From contig NIVC01001984.1 of NCBI GenBank assembly GCA_002269645.1, forward strand, positions 124,001 through 188,000: 64,000 bases of DNA, read 5' to 3'. Within the stretch, counting starts at the first letter, position 1. The number at the start of each line of letters is the position of its first letter. The translations under genes and the position numbers were made by a program. Source of the stretch: Macrostomum lignano. Lineage: Eukaryota. The notes under the pieces were generated by a model that was given only the letters and a program-made list of their open reading frames with translations, was not told where the DNA came from and did not search any database. This document shows, one piece after another, positions 40,282 through 52,000 of the stretch.

Positions 40282-40924
40282 ATGGATTTCACAATCCAGT
40301 GCCTAGTAAAATTCTGGTGGCAACTCCATCACCAGATGTCTCGCTCTTAGTAAGCCACAAACAGCGCGCTATATGCGATTAAATCTTTAGCTGGATTCGA
40401 ATTACCGCCAAAAATTCAATCGATCCTATGTTATTCCGCCTTTATTCAGTATTTATCTAATTTCAATGATCGCTGATTTTTTTAATTTGAATACGAGGGT
40501 TTCCCTGTGAAAAATCCATTCTCGAGTTGCGATGCATATCACAGGGGCTGTGGTGTATTTCCTTTCAGATGACGGCTTCCATTGATGTAATTGACGGTGT
40601 AAAATTGCTTATTTAAAACTATCAGCTCAGAATCAGACAAATATCTGCATATAGTTCGAAATAAAATGTTAAAATTATTAAAGTAAAACAGAAAAAAATT
40701 ATTTTATTGATTTCCATGCAAAAAGGCAGACGGTTTCTTTTTTACTTATTCATTTACCCAGTCACGTATGGCTGGGGATTAATGGGGAAAAAACAAAAAA
40801 ATCATTCAGTTTTAAATCCAAAGAATCTTTTCTTAAATCCAGTTTCAGTAGGAAAAACTTCATCGCAATATTATTTTCTTCTTGAAGCCAGCCGCCGCTA
40901 CAGTCAGGGTTTCTTCGCGTCCGA

Positions 40925-43900
40925 CTACTGACTGACATCGACGGTGCTGGCAACTTGATTTTCAACTCCGGCCGTCACGCCATCCTTAGCTGGCCTAGAT
41001 TAAAGTTTTTCAATGTTAGGCGAAATCAAAATGAATGTACTGGTTTGAAAAAATGGTTAAATGGTAAAAAATTCGGAATCCTTGAAAGGCAGTCGGAGCT
41101 CTTGTACGTGACAAAGGTCACATAATAAATGTAAGCGCGTGACCTTGGGATCCTGTCGTGATGTGACGATTGACCTTGTAGGCACGCGTTGATTAGGTGG
41201 GAAAATGGGACTCTAAGGTATGACCCTAGACGCGTAGATCTCGTGCGTGAATTTAAGTGCAAGAGCGTGACCTTGAAATCACGCGCTGATTGCGTGTGAC
41301 TTAAATGTACACTGTAAGCACGTGACCTTGAAACCACATATAGACGGCGTGCTAGAATTCAATTACCAGCGCTTGACCTTGAGATCACGCGCTGATTGCG
41401 AGACCTTGCGAGTTAACGTGAAAACAGAAAATGCGACTGTTCTAGCACGTGACGTGGCCCGTACAGCTTCAAAAGCTTTGTTTTACTTACGTGTTCATCT
41501 GTTTTAGCTTTTCTCGATACTTGTCGCTTTCCAGCCAGAAGGCCTCCACAGGCGGGCCCCAGTCGGGCGTCTCCTTGAGAGCGGCCGTCAGTCCACCCCG
41601 ACGCCAGACCTCGTAGATTCCGCAGCAGGGGATGAAGAGCACAGAGCCAACCATCATTAGCCAGCACATCGCTTCGCCCCAAATGGTGAACGGCTCCGAG
41701 TTGTAGCTTGGCGATTGGTACTTGACCAGAGAGAAGATCGCAATGAACTGCGGGTTGGTTGACGTTTTTTAGTAGGCGCATCGGTGTAGGATCACATGAC
41801 AAAAAGATGATAAGGGATTTCTGCTTGCAACGCATCCACAATCTACGTCTCGTGGTTTACTTAGGCCCTACAAGAGATTGTCTCCCATTTTTAGCCAGAA
41901 TAGAAAATAGAACTTTGAACCAGCTTGTTAGGACTTAAAAATTCAGAAGTCCTAACTTCTTCAGGTTCTCAAATTAGCGGTTCCTTAACAGTTTGAAGTA
42001 GAAGTGATTGCAAAAAAACTTTTCGGTTTTAAAGTGACCTAGAATAACGCGTAGAATACTCGTACGTCTTTAACAAGCACGAGAGAAAAGTCACGTGACA
42101 AAAGATTAGATCAGCATCGGCAGAATCTTTAAGCAACCTTGCAGCGACCTTGGATCACGCAGTCAACGCGTGCTTTGACAAAAATTTATTAAAAACTTAC
42201 CAAAATGAGAGCCGGAGTGATCCCAAACCAACAGGCGATCCAGTAAGGCCCCGGACGGAATCCCAGCATCATCTGAATGTCGTTCAGAAAGTTTTTAATC
42301 CCGTACAGGTATGAGATTCCGAGCATCTCTACGAGAGCAACAACGAACAGGTTATAGTAAGCGCAGTAGTCGTTAAGCATTGAGAAATAGTAAATTCCTC
42401 CAGGACAGCACATTGGAATGCCAAGCAGAAACATGACAAGGCACACGACTGACTTGAATATTGCCTGCTTAGTGAAGTTCTCCTGCAACCAGGGCCACTC
42501 GTCCATGCAAGCGGTCAGCACAGTTTCAACCATGGCAAATTGCGAATCGACGCCCAGCGTTAGGATCATGATGAAGAACAGCACGCTCCAAAGCGGAGCG
42601 ACGGGCATGGCGGCGAGGCCCTCGGGATAGGCGACGAACGCCAGGCCCGGACCGCTCTTGGTCACCTCGGCCACCGGCAGGCCCGTCTTGTGCGCCATGA
42701 AACCGATCACCGAGAAGATGGCGAAACCGGCGAATATTGACGTGCCGCTGTTGATGCCCGCTACGATGAGGGCGTCTCTGCAATTGGTAAGTTTGCTTGG
42801 TTTTATAGTGCAGTTCGAACTGTGTGCCCCTTTTTTCAACACAATTTGTGCTGTCAACGCTATTGCGTTGTGTGCCCAAAACTTCCACAAAGTTCAGACC
42901 GGTTTTAGAGGTATTAGTGTAGTGTCAGGTGAGATTGTTGCCTTAATTTCTCGTTGTCCAACATGTACTCTCTGTGGCTTGGGGTTTGGCTTGTAAGCCC
43001 GGGCCGATTTCATGCACAAGTCCCAACACACACGTGGAGATTTAACCCAGGGATATTTTAGCGCGAAAGAGACTGATGAGTGACGCATTTACCACTGAAC
43101 TCATCTGCCTTTGTCTTCGGATCTTTAATCAAATATTTAAAGAGAATGCATTCAGTAAAATTACATCAAGGTGTTGCCATCATTATTAATTGTCGTTTTT
43201 ATAAGCGCCGTCATTTTAATAGTAGCAATGACTACTCGTATTTGTTGAAATAAGCGACTCACTTGTAGCAATTGTTCCGAAACTTGTTATAACTGGACAT
43301 GGTCGTCAGGCAGCCGAAGGCGACGCCAAGCGAGTAGAAAATCTGCACCGCCGCCGCAGACCAGATCTTGAAAACAAATTTCCAGGAATTGCGGCTTCTA
43401 AATAAACACTTAACACCTGCTGTTAAGCAGAGCCAAAACAGATTAATTACCTCAGATGTAAGTAGCAGGCTGAAGTCCGGTTTCAAGTAGAATATGATGC
43501 CCTCCTTGGCGCCCTCCAGCGTTGCGCCGCGGATGAGGAGAATCACCAGCACGAGATAGGGAAACGTGGCGGTGAAGTACACCACCTGGGGAGGTGAAGG
43601 CAGCGCTATATGCAGCGGTATGCATTAACGAGTCCGTCAGCTCAGTAGGGTATTTACAGAAACTTTCACGACTATAAGATCGGTGTTCCATGAGCTTCAC
43701 ATGTGATTCAGCCTGACAGGTTCTGTCAATCCAGCTATTAATCACGCATTCATCCTGTTAGATTAATGTGTCAGTATGGTCTCCTCTATCTATATAGTTA
43801 TATATATACATTTTAGTTGTTAGATAAACTTTCAGAAGATGTATCTAATAGGTAAAAAGTTTTTCTTAACACACTGTCTACCTGTTAGACACACTTTCTA

Positions 43901-46900
43901 CCTGTAAGATAAACCCACTACCTGTTACGCTCGTATATAACTCTTCTATCGGTTGGATACGTAATTATTTCGCCTGTCAGAGTCGTGACTTCAAGACTAT
44001 GACCTGACCAATGTAAACACAATTTCAGATGCATAGCTAAAGTACAAACCTTGACCTGACCACTGTAAACACAATTTCAGATGCATTGCTAAAGTACAAA
44101 TCTTGACTTGACCACTGTAAGCACAATTTCAGACGCATTGCTTAAGTACAAACCTTGACTTGACCACTGTAAGCACAATTTCAGATGCAATGCTAAAGTA
44201 CAAACCTAGACCTGACCACTGTAAACACAATTTCAGATAGATTGCTAAAGTACAAACCTTGACTTGACCACTGTAAACACAATTTCAGATGCATCGCTAA
44301 AGTACAAACCTTGACCTGACCACTGTAAACACAATTTCAGATAGATTGCTAAAGTACAAACCTTGACTTGACCACTGTAAACACAATTTCAGATGCATCG
44401 CTAAAGTACAAACCTTGACCTGACCACTGTAAACACAATTTCAGATAGATTGCTAAAGTGCAAACCTTGACTTGACCACTGTAAACACAATTTCAGATGC
44501 AATGCTAAAGTACAAACCTTGACCTGACCACTGTAAACACAATTTCAGATAGATTGCTAAAGTACAAGCCTTGACCTGACAACTGTAAACACAATTTCAG
44601 ATGCATCTCAAAAGCACAAACCTTCCCAGAAGTCTTGACTCCCTTGAGCAGGCACGCGTAGATGATGATCCAGGCCAACAGCAGGCACAAGGTCACGTGC
44701 CATTGCGGCGGTCCGATGGGGTCGGACATTTTCTTGATTGCTCCGTTTAAACTGGTGTAGCCCAGCATCACTCGTCTGCGCAAAGTTAAAAAGTTGAAAG
44801 GTTAAACATCAAGTTTCAGGAATGTCAGACAAGAAATTAAAACAAAAATACTGAATCAGTTTAATTGCACCTTCACTTACTCAAAGTACTGCTCGCTCGG
44901 AGTTTGATATTGAGTACAGTTGGTCTTTAAATCCTGGGAGCAGGCCTCCGGATTAGCTGTTATCGTTTAATCAAGAGTTTGGCTTAGTTTAGCTTGGAAA
45001 AGTTATTTACAGGCACTGAACAGTAGTTTGTGAGTAGCATCAGGTGCATATTGCCTTAGAAAGTAATTTTTCGTTGAAAATGGCGTCATTATCTTTAATG
45101 TTCATACCTAAGTCGCTTCTTGGGAAATTCTAAGGACGCCTCAAGATTTCGGTGCTTCCTTGACAACATCGTGGCACTTACCTGACTGATCTTGGCGCTA
45201 GTCTGACCTGATCTTGGCGCTAGTCTGACCTAATCTTGGCGCTAGCCTCACCTGATCTCGGCGCTACCCTGACCTGATCTTGGCGCCACCCTCACCTAAT
45301 CTTGCCGCTAGCCTCACCTGATCTTGGCGCTACCCTCACCTGATCTCGGCGCTACCCTCACCTGATCTTGGCGCTACCTTGATCTGATCTTGGCGCTACC
45401 CTCACCTGATCTCGGCGCTACCCTCACCTGATCTTGGCGCTAGCCTCACCTGATCTTGGCGCTAGCCTGACCTGATCTTGGCGCTACCCTGACCTTATCT
45501 TGGCGCTACTTTGACCTGATCTTGGCGCTACCCTCACCTGATCTTGGCGCTAGCCTCACCTGATCTTGGCGCTACCCTCACCTGATCTTGGCGCTAGCCT
45601 CACCTGATCTTGGCGCTACCTTGATCTGATCTTGGCGCTAGTCTGACATCCCAAATATCCAAAATCCAAGACGCTTACGATTGAAACCGGCTCTGAGATT
45701 CCCGGGCACATTGTGAGTGGCGTTGGTGGTGTTGACGCTGAGGTCCCGGCAGTGAAAGTCGTTCCAATAGTTGTTGCAATCCGCCCAGGGCACCTTGGAG
45801 TTGAATGAGGCGAACAGGTAGAACAGGGCCCAGGCTATGATCACGTTGTAGTAGATGGAGACCAGCGCTGAGATGCTGACCATCGCCCAGCCCGTGCCTG
45901 CGGGGTGGCGGTTGTTGAGCAGTGAAACTGAGTTTAGCTGAGAAATTGACTGAGTCTTCGGGATTCTTGGATAGCCAGGGAAGCACTTCGGTTCGCAACT
46001 TCCGGAGCAGGGACTTCAGGACTTCAGGAGCTGGGTAGTTGCAACTTCAAAAACAGGAGTGACCCAGATGAATAGCCTCAGACTAAGTACAACAGAACTT
46101 CAGGAACTGGGTAGTTGGAACTTCAGGAACAGGTGTGACCCAGGTGAATAACCCCAGCCTCAGTCAAACAGAACTTAAGGAACAGGTGTGACCCAGGTAA
46201 ATAACCCCAGCCTCAGTCAAACAGAACTTCAGGAACAGGTGTGACCCAGGTGAATAACCTCAGCCTCAGTCCAACAGAGCTTCAGGAACAGGTGTAAACC
46301 AGGTGAATAACCTCAGCCTCAGTCCAACAGAACTTCAGGAACAGGTGTGACCCAGGTGAATAACCTCAGCCTCAGTCAAACAGAACTTTCAGGAACAGGT
46401 GTGACCCAGGTGAATAACCTCAGCCGCAGTCCAACAGAACTTCAGGAACAGGTGTGACCCAGGTGAATAACCCCAGCCTCAGTCAAACAGAACTTCAGGA
46501 ACAGGTGTGACCCAGGTGAATAACCCCAGCCTCAGTCAAACAGAACTTCAGGAACAGGTGTGACCCAGGTGAATAACCCCAGCCTCAGTCAAACAGAACT
46601 TCAGGAACAGGTGTGACAGAGGTGAATAACCTCAGCCTCAGTCCAACAGAACTTCAGGAACAGGTGTGACAGAGGTGAATAACCTCAGCCTCAGTCAAAC
46701 AGAACATCAGGAACAGGTGTGACCCAGGTGAATAACCCCAGCCTCAGTCAAACAGAACTTCAGGAACAGGTGTGACCCAGGTCAATAACCTCAGCCTCAG
46801 TCCAACAGAACTTCAGGAACAGGTGTGACTCAGGTGAATAACCTCAGACGCAGTCCAACAGATACCTTTCAGCAGCGGGCACGCCTTCCAGATGGTGACG

Positions 46901-47791
46901 GGGCCGAGGTTGCCGAACTGACCAAACGCCACCTCCATGTAGAACAGCGGCAGGGCGGCGACACCCAGCATGATCAGGTAGGGGATCAGAAAGGCACCTC
47001 CGCCGTTCTTATAGCACAGGTAGGGGAAGCGCCACACGTTGCCGAGGCCCACGGCGTAGCCGATGCAGGACAGCAGGAAGTCGAACTGGCCGGTCCAGTT
47101 TCCGCGAGCCTCGTTCTCGTCAGCTGCCTCGCCTTCGCCCGCCTGCGGGGCCTCCGCGCTGTTGGATGCGTTCTGCCGGGTGGGGATAGTGTGGGGAGTG
47201 ACTTGTAGAGTGACTTGAGGAGTGACTTGTGGAGTGACTTGAGGAGTGACTTGTGGAGTGACTTGAGGAGTGACTTGTGGAGTGACTTGTGGAGTGACTT
47301 GTGGAGTGACTTGTGGGGTGACTTGTGGAGTGACTTTTAACTTGTGGAGTGACATGCTGAGTGACATGTGAAGTGACTTGTGGAGTAACTTTTGGAGTGA
47401 ATTGCGGAGTGACTTGTGGAGTGAACTGGGGAGTGACTTGTAGAGTGACTTGGGCTGTAAACTTGTCGAATGACATGTGGAGTGAATTGTGAAGTGACTT
47501 TTAGAGTGACATGTGGAGTGACTTGTAGAGTGACTTTTTTAGTGACATGTGGAGTGACTTGTAGTGTGAAAGCGGAAGATAGAGTGACTGAAAGATGAGA
47601 GTGACGGTTTTTCAAGTGCCACTTCCTTAGAGGGATAATGCTAAATGAGACTGACCATTTCGTTACTATAGTAAACCTATTTTGAAAGATTTTTTTATCG
47701 ATCAGCAAGTTGCAGGCACCGTATCAGAGTCTGGAGTGAATGTATCGAATTAGGAAGGAAAGACTTTTCAAGGTCAAATGGAACTCACCAT
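40925..47791 (-). CDS. SLC6 Na+/Cl- dependent amino-acid transporter (proline/glycine-type subfamily), copy A, ~633 aa; exons 47791-47789 (ATG), 47172-46866, 45897-45679, 44956-44881, 44775-44622, 43585-43451, 43366-43263, 42777-42201, 41747-41491, 40994-40925
   Basis: [100 protein letters not shown]. All introns are GT-AG and the exon lengths sum to 1902 nt, ending in TAG. TM1 has Gly where monoamine transporters have Asp. An in-frame upstream ATG near 47869 could extend the N-terminus. Confidence 0.93.
44000..44600. repeat. 52-bp intronic minisatellite of SLC6 copy A (~11 units); inverted paralogous array at 52740-53000 (~5 units)
   Basis: Unit on the gene strand AAGGTTTGTACTTTAGCAATGCATCTGAAATTGTGTTTACAGTGGTCAGGTC. 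Confidence 0.93.
45185..45640. repeat. 22-bp minisatellite (CCTGATCTTGGCGCTACCCTCA); inverted paralogous array at 51290-52160
   Basis: Tandem units in the homologous intron of both SLC6 copies. Confidence 0.93.
46070..46860. repeat. 53-bp minisatellite (TTCAGGAACAGGTGTGACCCAGGTGAATAACCTCAGCCTCAGTCCAACAGAAC); inverted paralog at 49962-50650
   Basis: Tandem units starting almost at the donor site in both copies. Confidence 0.93.
47195..47560. repeat. 12-bp minisatellite (GGAGTGACTTGT); inverted paralog at 49275-49635
   Basis: Lies in the first intron of each SLC6 copy; explains the VTPQ/SHST/SLHK ORFs. Confidence 0.92.
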
Positions 47792-49030
47792 CTGAATGTC
47801 GATCTGCTGAGTTCTGAAACGTTGCCCGCAGCTCAACAGACCCGTAAAAGTCTGTGCGACTCGTTTCATTTTAACAAAAACTGAAATCAATTTTTTCTTA
47901 AATCATTTTTGAACCAGTTTTTCAGCGGCTCTTTTTCTGAACCGGAAATTTCCGGATCTCAAGCAAAGTGGAAATTTTTTTTATTTTTTTGTTATACTCA
48001 GTTGCACTTTTGCAAAAGAAAATCAAAGAGCAACAGAACTAAAAATTAAGATACACTCTGAATGCCGGGTTTTACCATAGACTATTCGCACATAGGCTAA
48101 TGGAATGAAAAATTCGAATTATCTTCGAGTGTTGACTTCTTTATATTTATACCTTTTCATACATTGCTTTCAATTTGCATTCTGTGCATTCTTAATAATT
48201 ATTTCACCTTGACGATTCTATTAAAAAAGATCATAAATTATGAATGTTTGTTACCGAATTTACATATTTATGCGTCGGAAATTTGGTTGACTTCACGCAA
48301 GCAGACCAAGACCGGGTCTGTGTCGGTCAGCCATAGCCCCACATCGTTTCTCCACAACACTTTCCGTCTACACCTGACCTTAATTATCTTTAATAGAGGT
48401 TTTGCCATTAAAATATTTATTAGTCTACTTTACTCAATAGTTTATGCAAGTAAACTAAATTTTACATTAACAAGCGAGTTTTCATCTCCTTCTCACTTAC
48501 TCTTAGTAGGCTAGTTTAGCATTTTTCTTATTTATTTATTCTGTGGCCCAGCTGGTCTTTTTAATGGCTCAGAGTGTCGTTAAGGTTCAAGTTAGCCCTG
48601 GCGAAAGCATTTGACAGATTCATTAAAACTAATCTTCTTGAGATATGCTGGCTCTTGCAGTCATTGACAAAACTCGGTGGCTAAAGCTATCTGTATTCCA
48701 TATCTTCCGAATGATATGATATAAAATTATGAACGATATTTAAACTGGTTTGCTGCTAAATGTCTAGGGCGAAACTTCTTTTGAAATTTTGCTCTAATTT
48801 ATTTATTTATTTTGTTTTTCAAAAGTACAAATATGAACTCGGTTAAAACATCTCGTTCAATTCTGTTTTTCAGATTCTGAAAATTTAAGTTAAAAAAACC
48901 CGCATTTAATAAGTTGTTTGTGTTCTATGTTTTCTTCAACAAAATAAAGAAGAAGCAAGTTGCAGATTCTGTTACGGGGCTCTTCGGCTGCGTGCAAGGT
49001 TTCAGAACTCATTGTCAAGTCCAAATGCAT

Positions 49031-52000
49031 ATGGTGAGTCACCACTTATACTATAGCACATGATTTACCTGTCACTTCACCAAGTGTGAGAGACGGTCAG
49101 TAAATTTACCACACCTATGGTTTTTGCGAAACAGTTGTCACTCTTTAAAAACGGTCACTTCAAATCGGTCAATCAATACAGCGGATACTTTACAACTGTA
49201 CTTTACAACTGTCACTCTAGAGACAGTCACTGTTATCTACGAGTAAAAGTGTCACTTATTCCACAGGTTTCCCTCCACAAGTCACCCACAAATCACTCCA
49301 AAAGTCACTCCACAAGTCAAAATTCACTCCACAAGTCACTCCACAAGTCACTCCACAAGTCACTTAACAAGTCACTCCACAAGTCAAAAGTCACTCCACA
49401 AGTAACTCCACAAGTCACTTAACAAGTCACTCCACAAGTCAAAAGTCACTCCACAAGTAACTCCACAAGTCACTCTACGAGTCACTCCACAAGTCACTCC
49501 ACAAGTCACTCCACAAGTCACTCTACAAGTCACTCCACAAGTCACTCCACAAGTCACTCCTCAAGTCACTCCACAAGTCACTCCTCAAGTCACTCCACAA
49601 GTCACTCCTCAAGTCACTCTACAAGTCACTCCCCACACTATCCCCACCCGCCAGAACGCATCCAACAGCGCGGAGGCCCCGCAGGCGGGCGAAGGCGAGG
49701 CAGCTGACGAGAACGAGGCTCGCGGAAACTGGACCGGCCAGTTCGACTTCCTGCTGTCCTGCATCGGCTACGCCGTGGGCCTCGGCAACGTGTGGCGCTT
49801 CCCCTACCTGTGCTATAAGAACGGCGGAGGTGCCTTTCTGATCCCCTACCTGATCATGCTGGGTGTCGCCGCCCTGCCGCTGTTCTACATGGAGGTGGCG
49901 TTTGGTCAGTTCGGCAACCTCGGCCCCGTCACCATCTGGAAGGCGTGCCCGCTGCTGAAAGGTAACTGAAGTTCTGTTAGACTGAGGCTGAGGTTATTGA
50001 CCTGGGTCACACCTGTTCCTGAAGTTCTGTTAGACTGAGGCTGAGGTTATTGACCTGGGTCACACCTGTTCCTGAAGTTCTGTTGGACTGAGGCTGAGGT
50101 TATTCACCTGGTCAAACCTGTTCCTGAAGTTCTGTTGGACTGAGGCTGAGGTTATTGACCTGAGTCACACCTGTTCCTGAAGTTCTGTTGGACTGAGGCT
50201 GAGGTTATTCACCTGGGTCACACCTGTTCCTGAAGTTCTGTTGGACTGAGGCTGAGGTTATTCACCTGGGTCACACCTGTTCCTGAAGTTCTGTTGGACT
50301 GAGGCTGAGGTTATTCACCTGGGTCACACCTGTTCCTGAAGTTCTGTTTGACTGAGCCTGAGGTTATTCACCTGGGTCAAACCTGTTCCTGAAGTTCTGT
50401 TGCACTGAGGCTGAGGTTATTCACCTGGGTCACACCTGTTCCTGAAGTTCTGTTAGACTGAGGCTGAGGTCATTCACCTGGGTCACACCTGTTCCTGAAG
50501 TTCTGTTTGACTGAGGCTGAGGTCATTCACCTGGGTCACACCTGTTCCTGAAGTTCTGTTAGACTGAGGCTGAGGTTATTCACCTGGTCAAACCTGTTCC
50601 TGAAGTTCTGTTTGACTGAGTCTGAGGTTATTCACCTGGGTCACACCTGTTCCTGAAGCTCTAACTACCCTGTTCCCGTAGCGCCAACTACCCTGTTCCT
50701 GAAGCTCCAACTACCAGTTCCTGAAGCTCTAACTACCCTGTTCCTGAAGCTCCAACTACCCTGTTCCCGTAGCGCCAACTACCCTGTTCCTGAAGCTCTA
50801 ACTACCTGTTCCTGAAGCTCTAACTACCCTGTTCCTGAAGCTCTAACTACCTGTTCCTGAAGCTCCAACTACCCTGTTCCTGAAGTCCTGAAGTCCCTGC
50901 TCCGGAAGTTGCGAACCGAAGTGCTTCTCCGGCTGTCCAAGAATCCCGAAGCCTCAGTCAATTTCTCAGCTAAACTCAGTTTCACTGCTCAACAACCGCC
51001 ACCCCGCAGGCACGGGCTGGGCGATGGTCAGCATTTCAGCGCTGGTCTCCATCTACTACAACGTGATCATAGCCTGGGCCCTGTTCTACCTGTTCGCCTC
51101 ATTCAACTCCAAGGTGCCCTGGGCGGATTGCAACAACTATTGGAACGATTTTCACTGCCGGGACCTCAGCGTCAACATCACCAACGCCACTCACAATGTG
51201 CCCGGGAATCTCAGAGCCGGTTTCAATCGTAAGCGTCTTGGGTATTGGAAATTTAGGATATCAGACTAGCGACAAGACCAGTTCAAGGTAACGCCAAGAT
51301 AAAATCAGGGTAGCGCCAAGATCAAATGAGGCTAGCGCCAAGTTCAGGTGAGGCTAGCGCCAAGATCAGGTCAGGGTTGCGCCAAGATCAGGTGAGGCTA
51401 GCGCCAAGATCAGGTGAGGGTAGCGCCAAGATCAGGTGAGGCTAGCGCCAAGATCAGGTGAGGGTAGCGCCAAGATCAGATGAGGCTAGCGCCAAGATCA
51501 GGTGAGGGTAGCGCCAAGGTCAGGTGAGGCTAGCGCCAAGATCAGGTCAGGGTTGCGCCAAGATCAGGTGAGGGTAGCGCCAAGATCAGATCAAGGTAGT
51601 GCCAAGATCAGGTGAGGGTAGCGCCAAGTTCAGATCAAGGTAGTGCCAAGATCAGGTGAGGGTAGCGCCAAGATCAGATCAAGGTAGCGCCAAGATCAGA
51701 TCAAGGTAGAGCCAAGATCAGGTGAGGCTAGCGCCAAGATCAGATCAAGGTAGCGCCAAGATCAAGTGAGGCTAACGCCAAGATCAGGTGAGGGTAGCGC
51801 CAAGATCAGGTGAGGGTAGCGCCAAGATCAGGTGAGGGTAGCGCCAAGATCAGGTGAGGGTAGCGCCAAGATCAGGTGAGGCTAGCGCCAAGATAAAATC
51901 AGACTAGCGCCAAGATCAGATGAGGCTAGCGCCAAGTTCAGGTGAGGCTAGCGCCAAGATCAGGTGAGGGTAGCGCCAAGATCAGATCAAGGTAGCGCCA

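Noticed and set aside
46813-47367. VTPQ-repeat N-terminal extension of SLC6 copy A
   Set aside because: Better explained as intronic 12-bp repeat. Both copies have a CAG acceptor immediately before AAC GCA TCC and an upstream ATG|GTGAGT exon, and the copy-B array contains in-frame stops in some frames.
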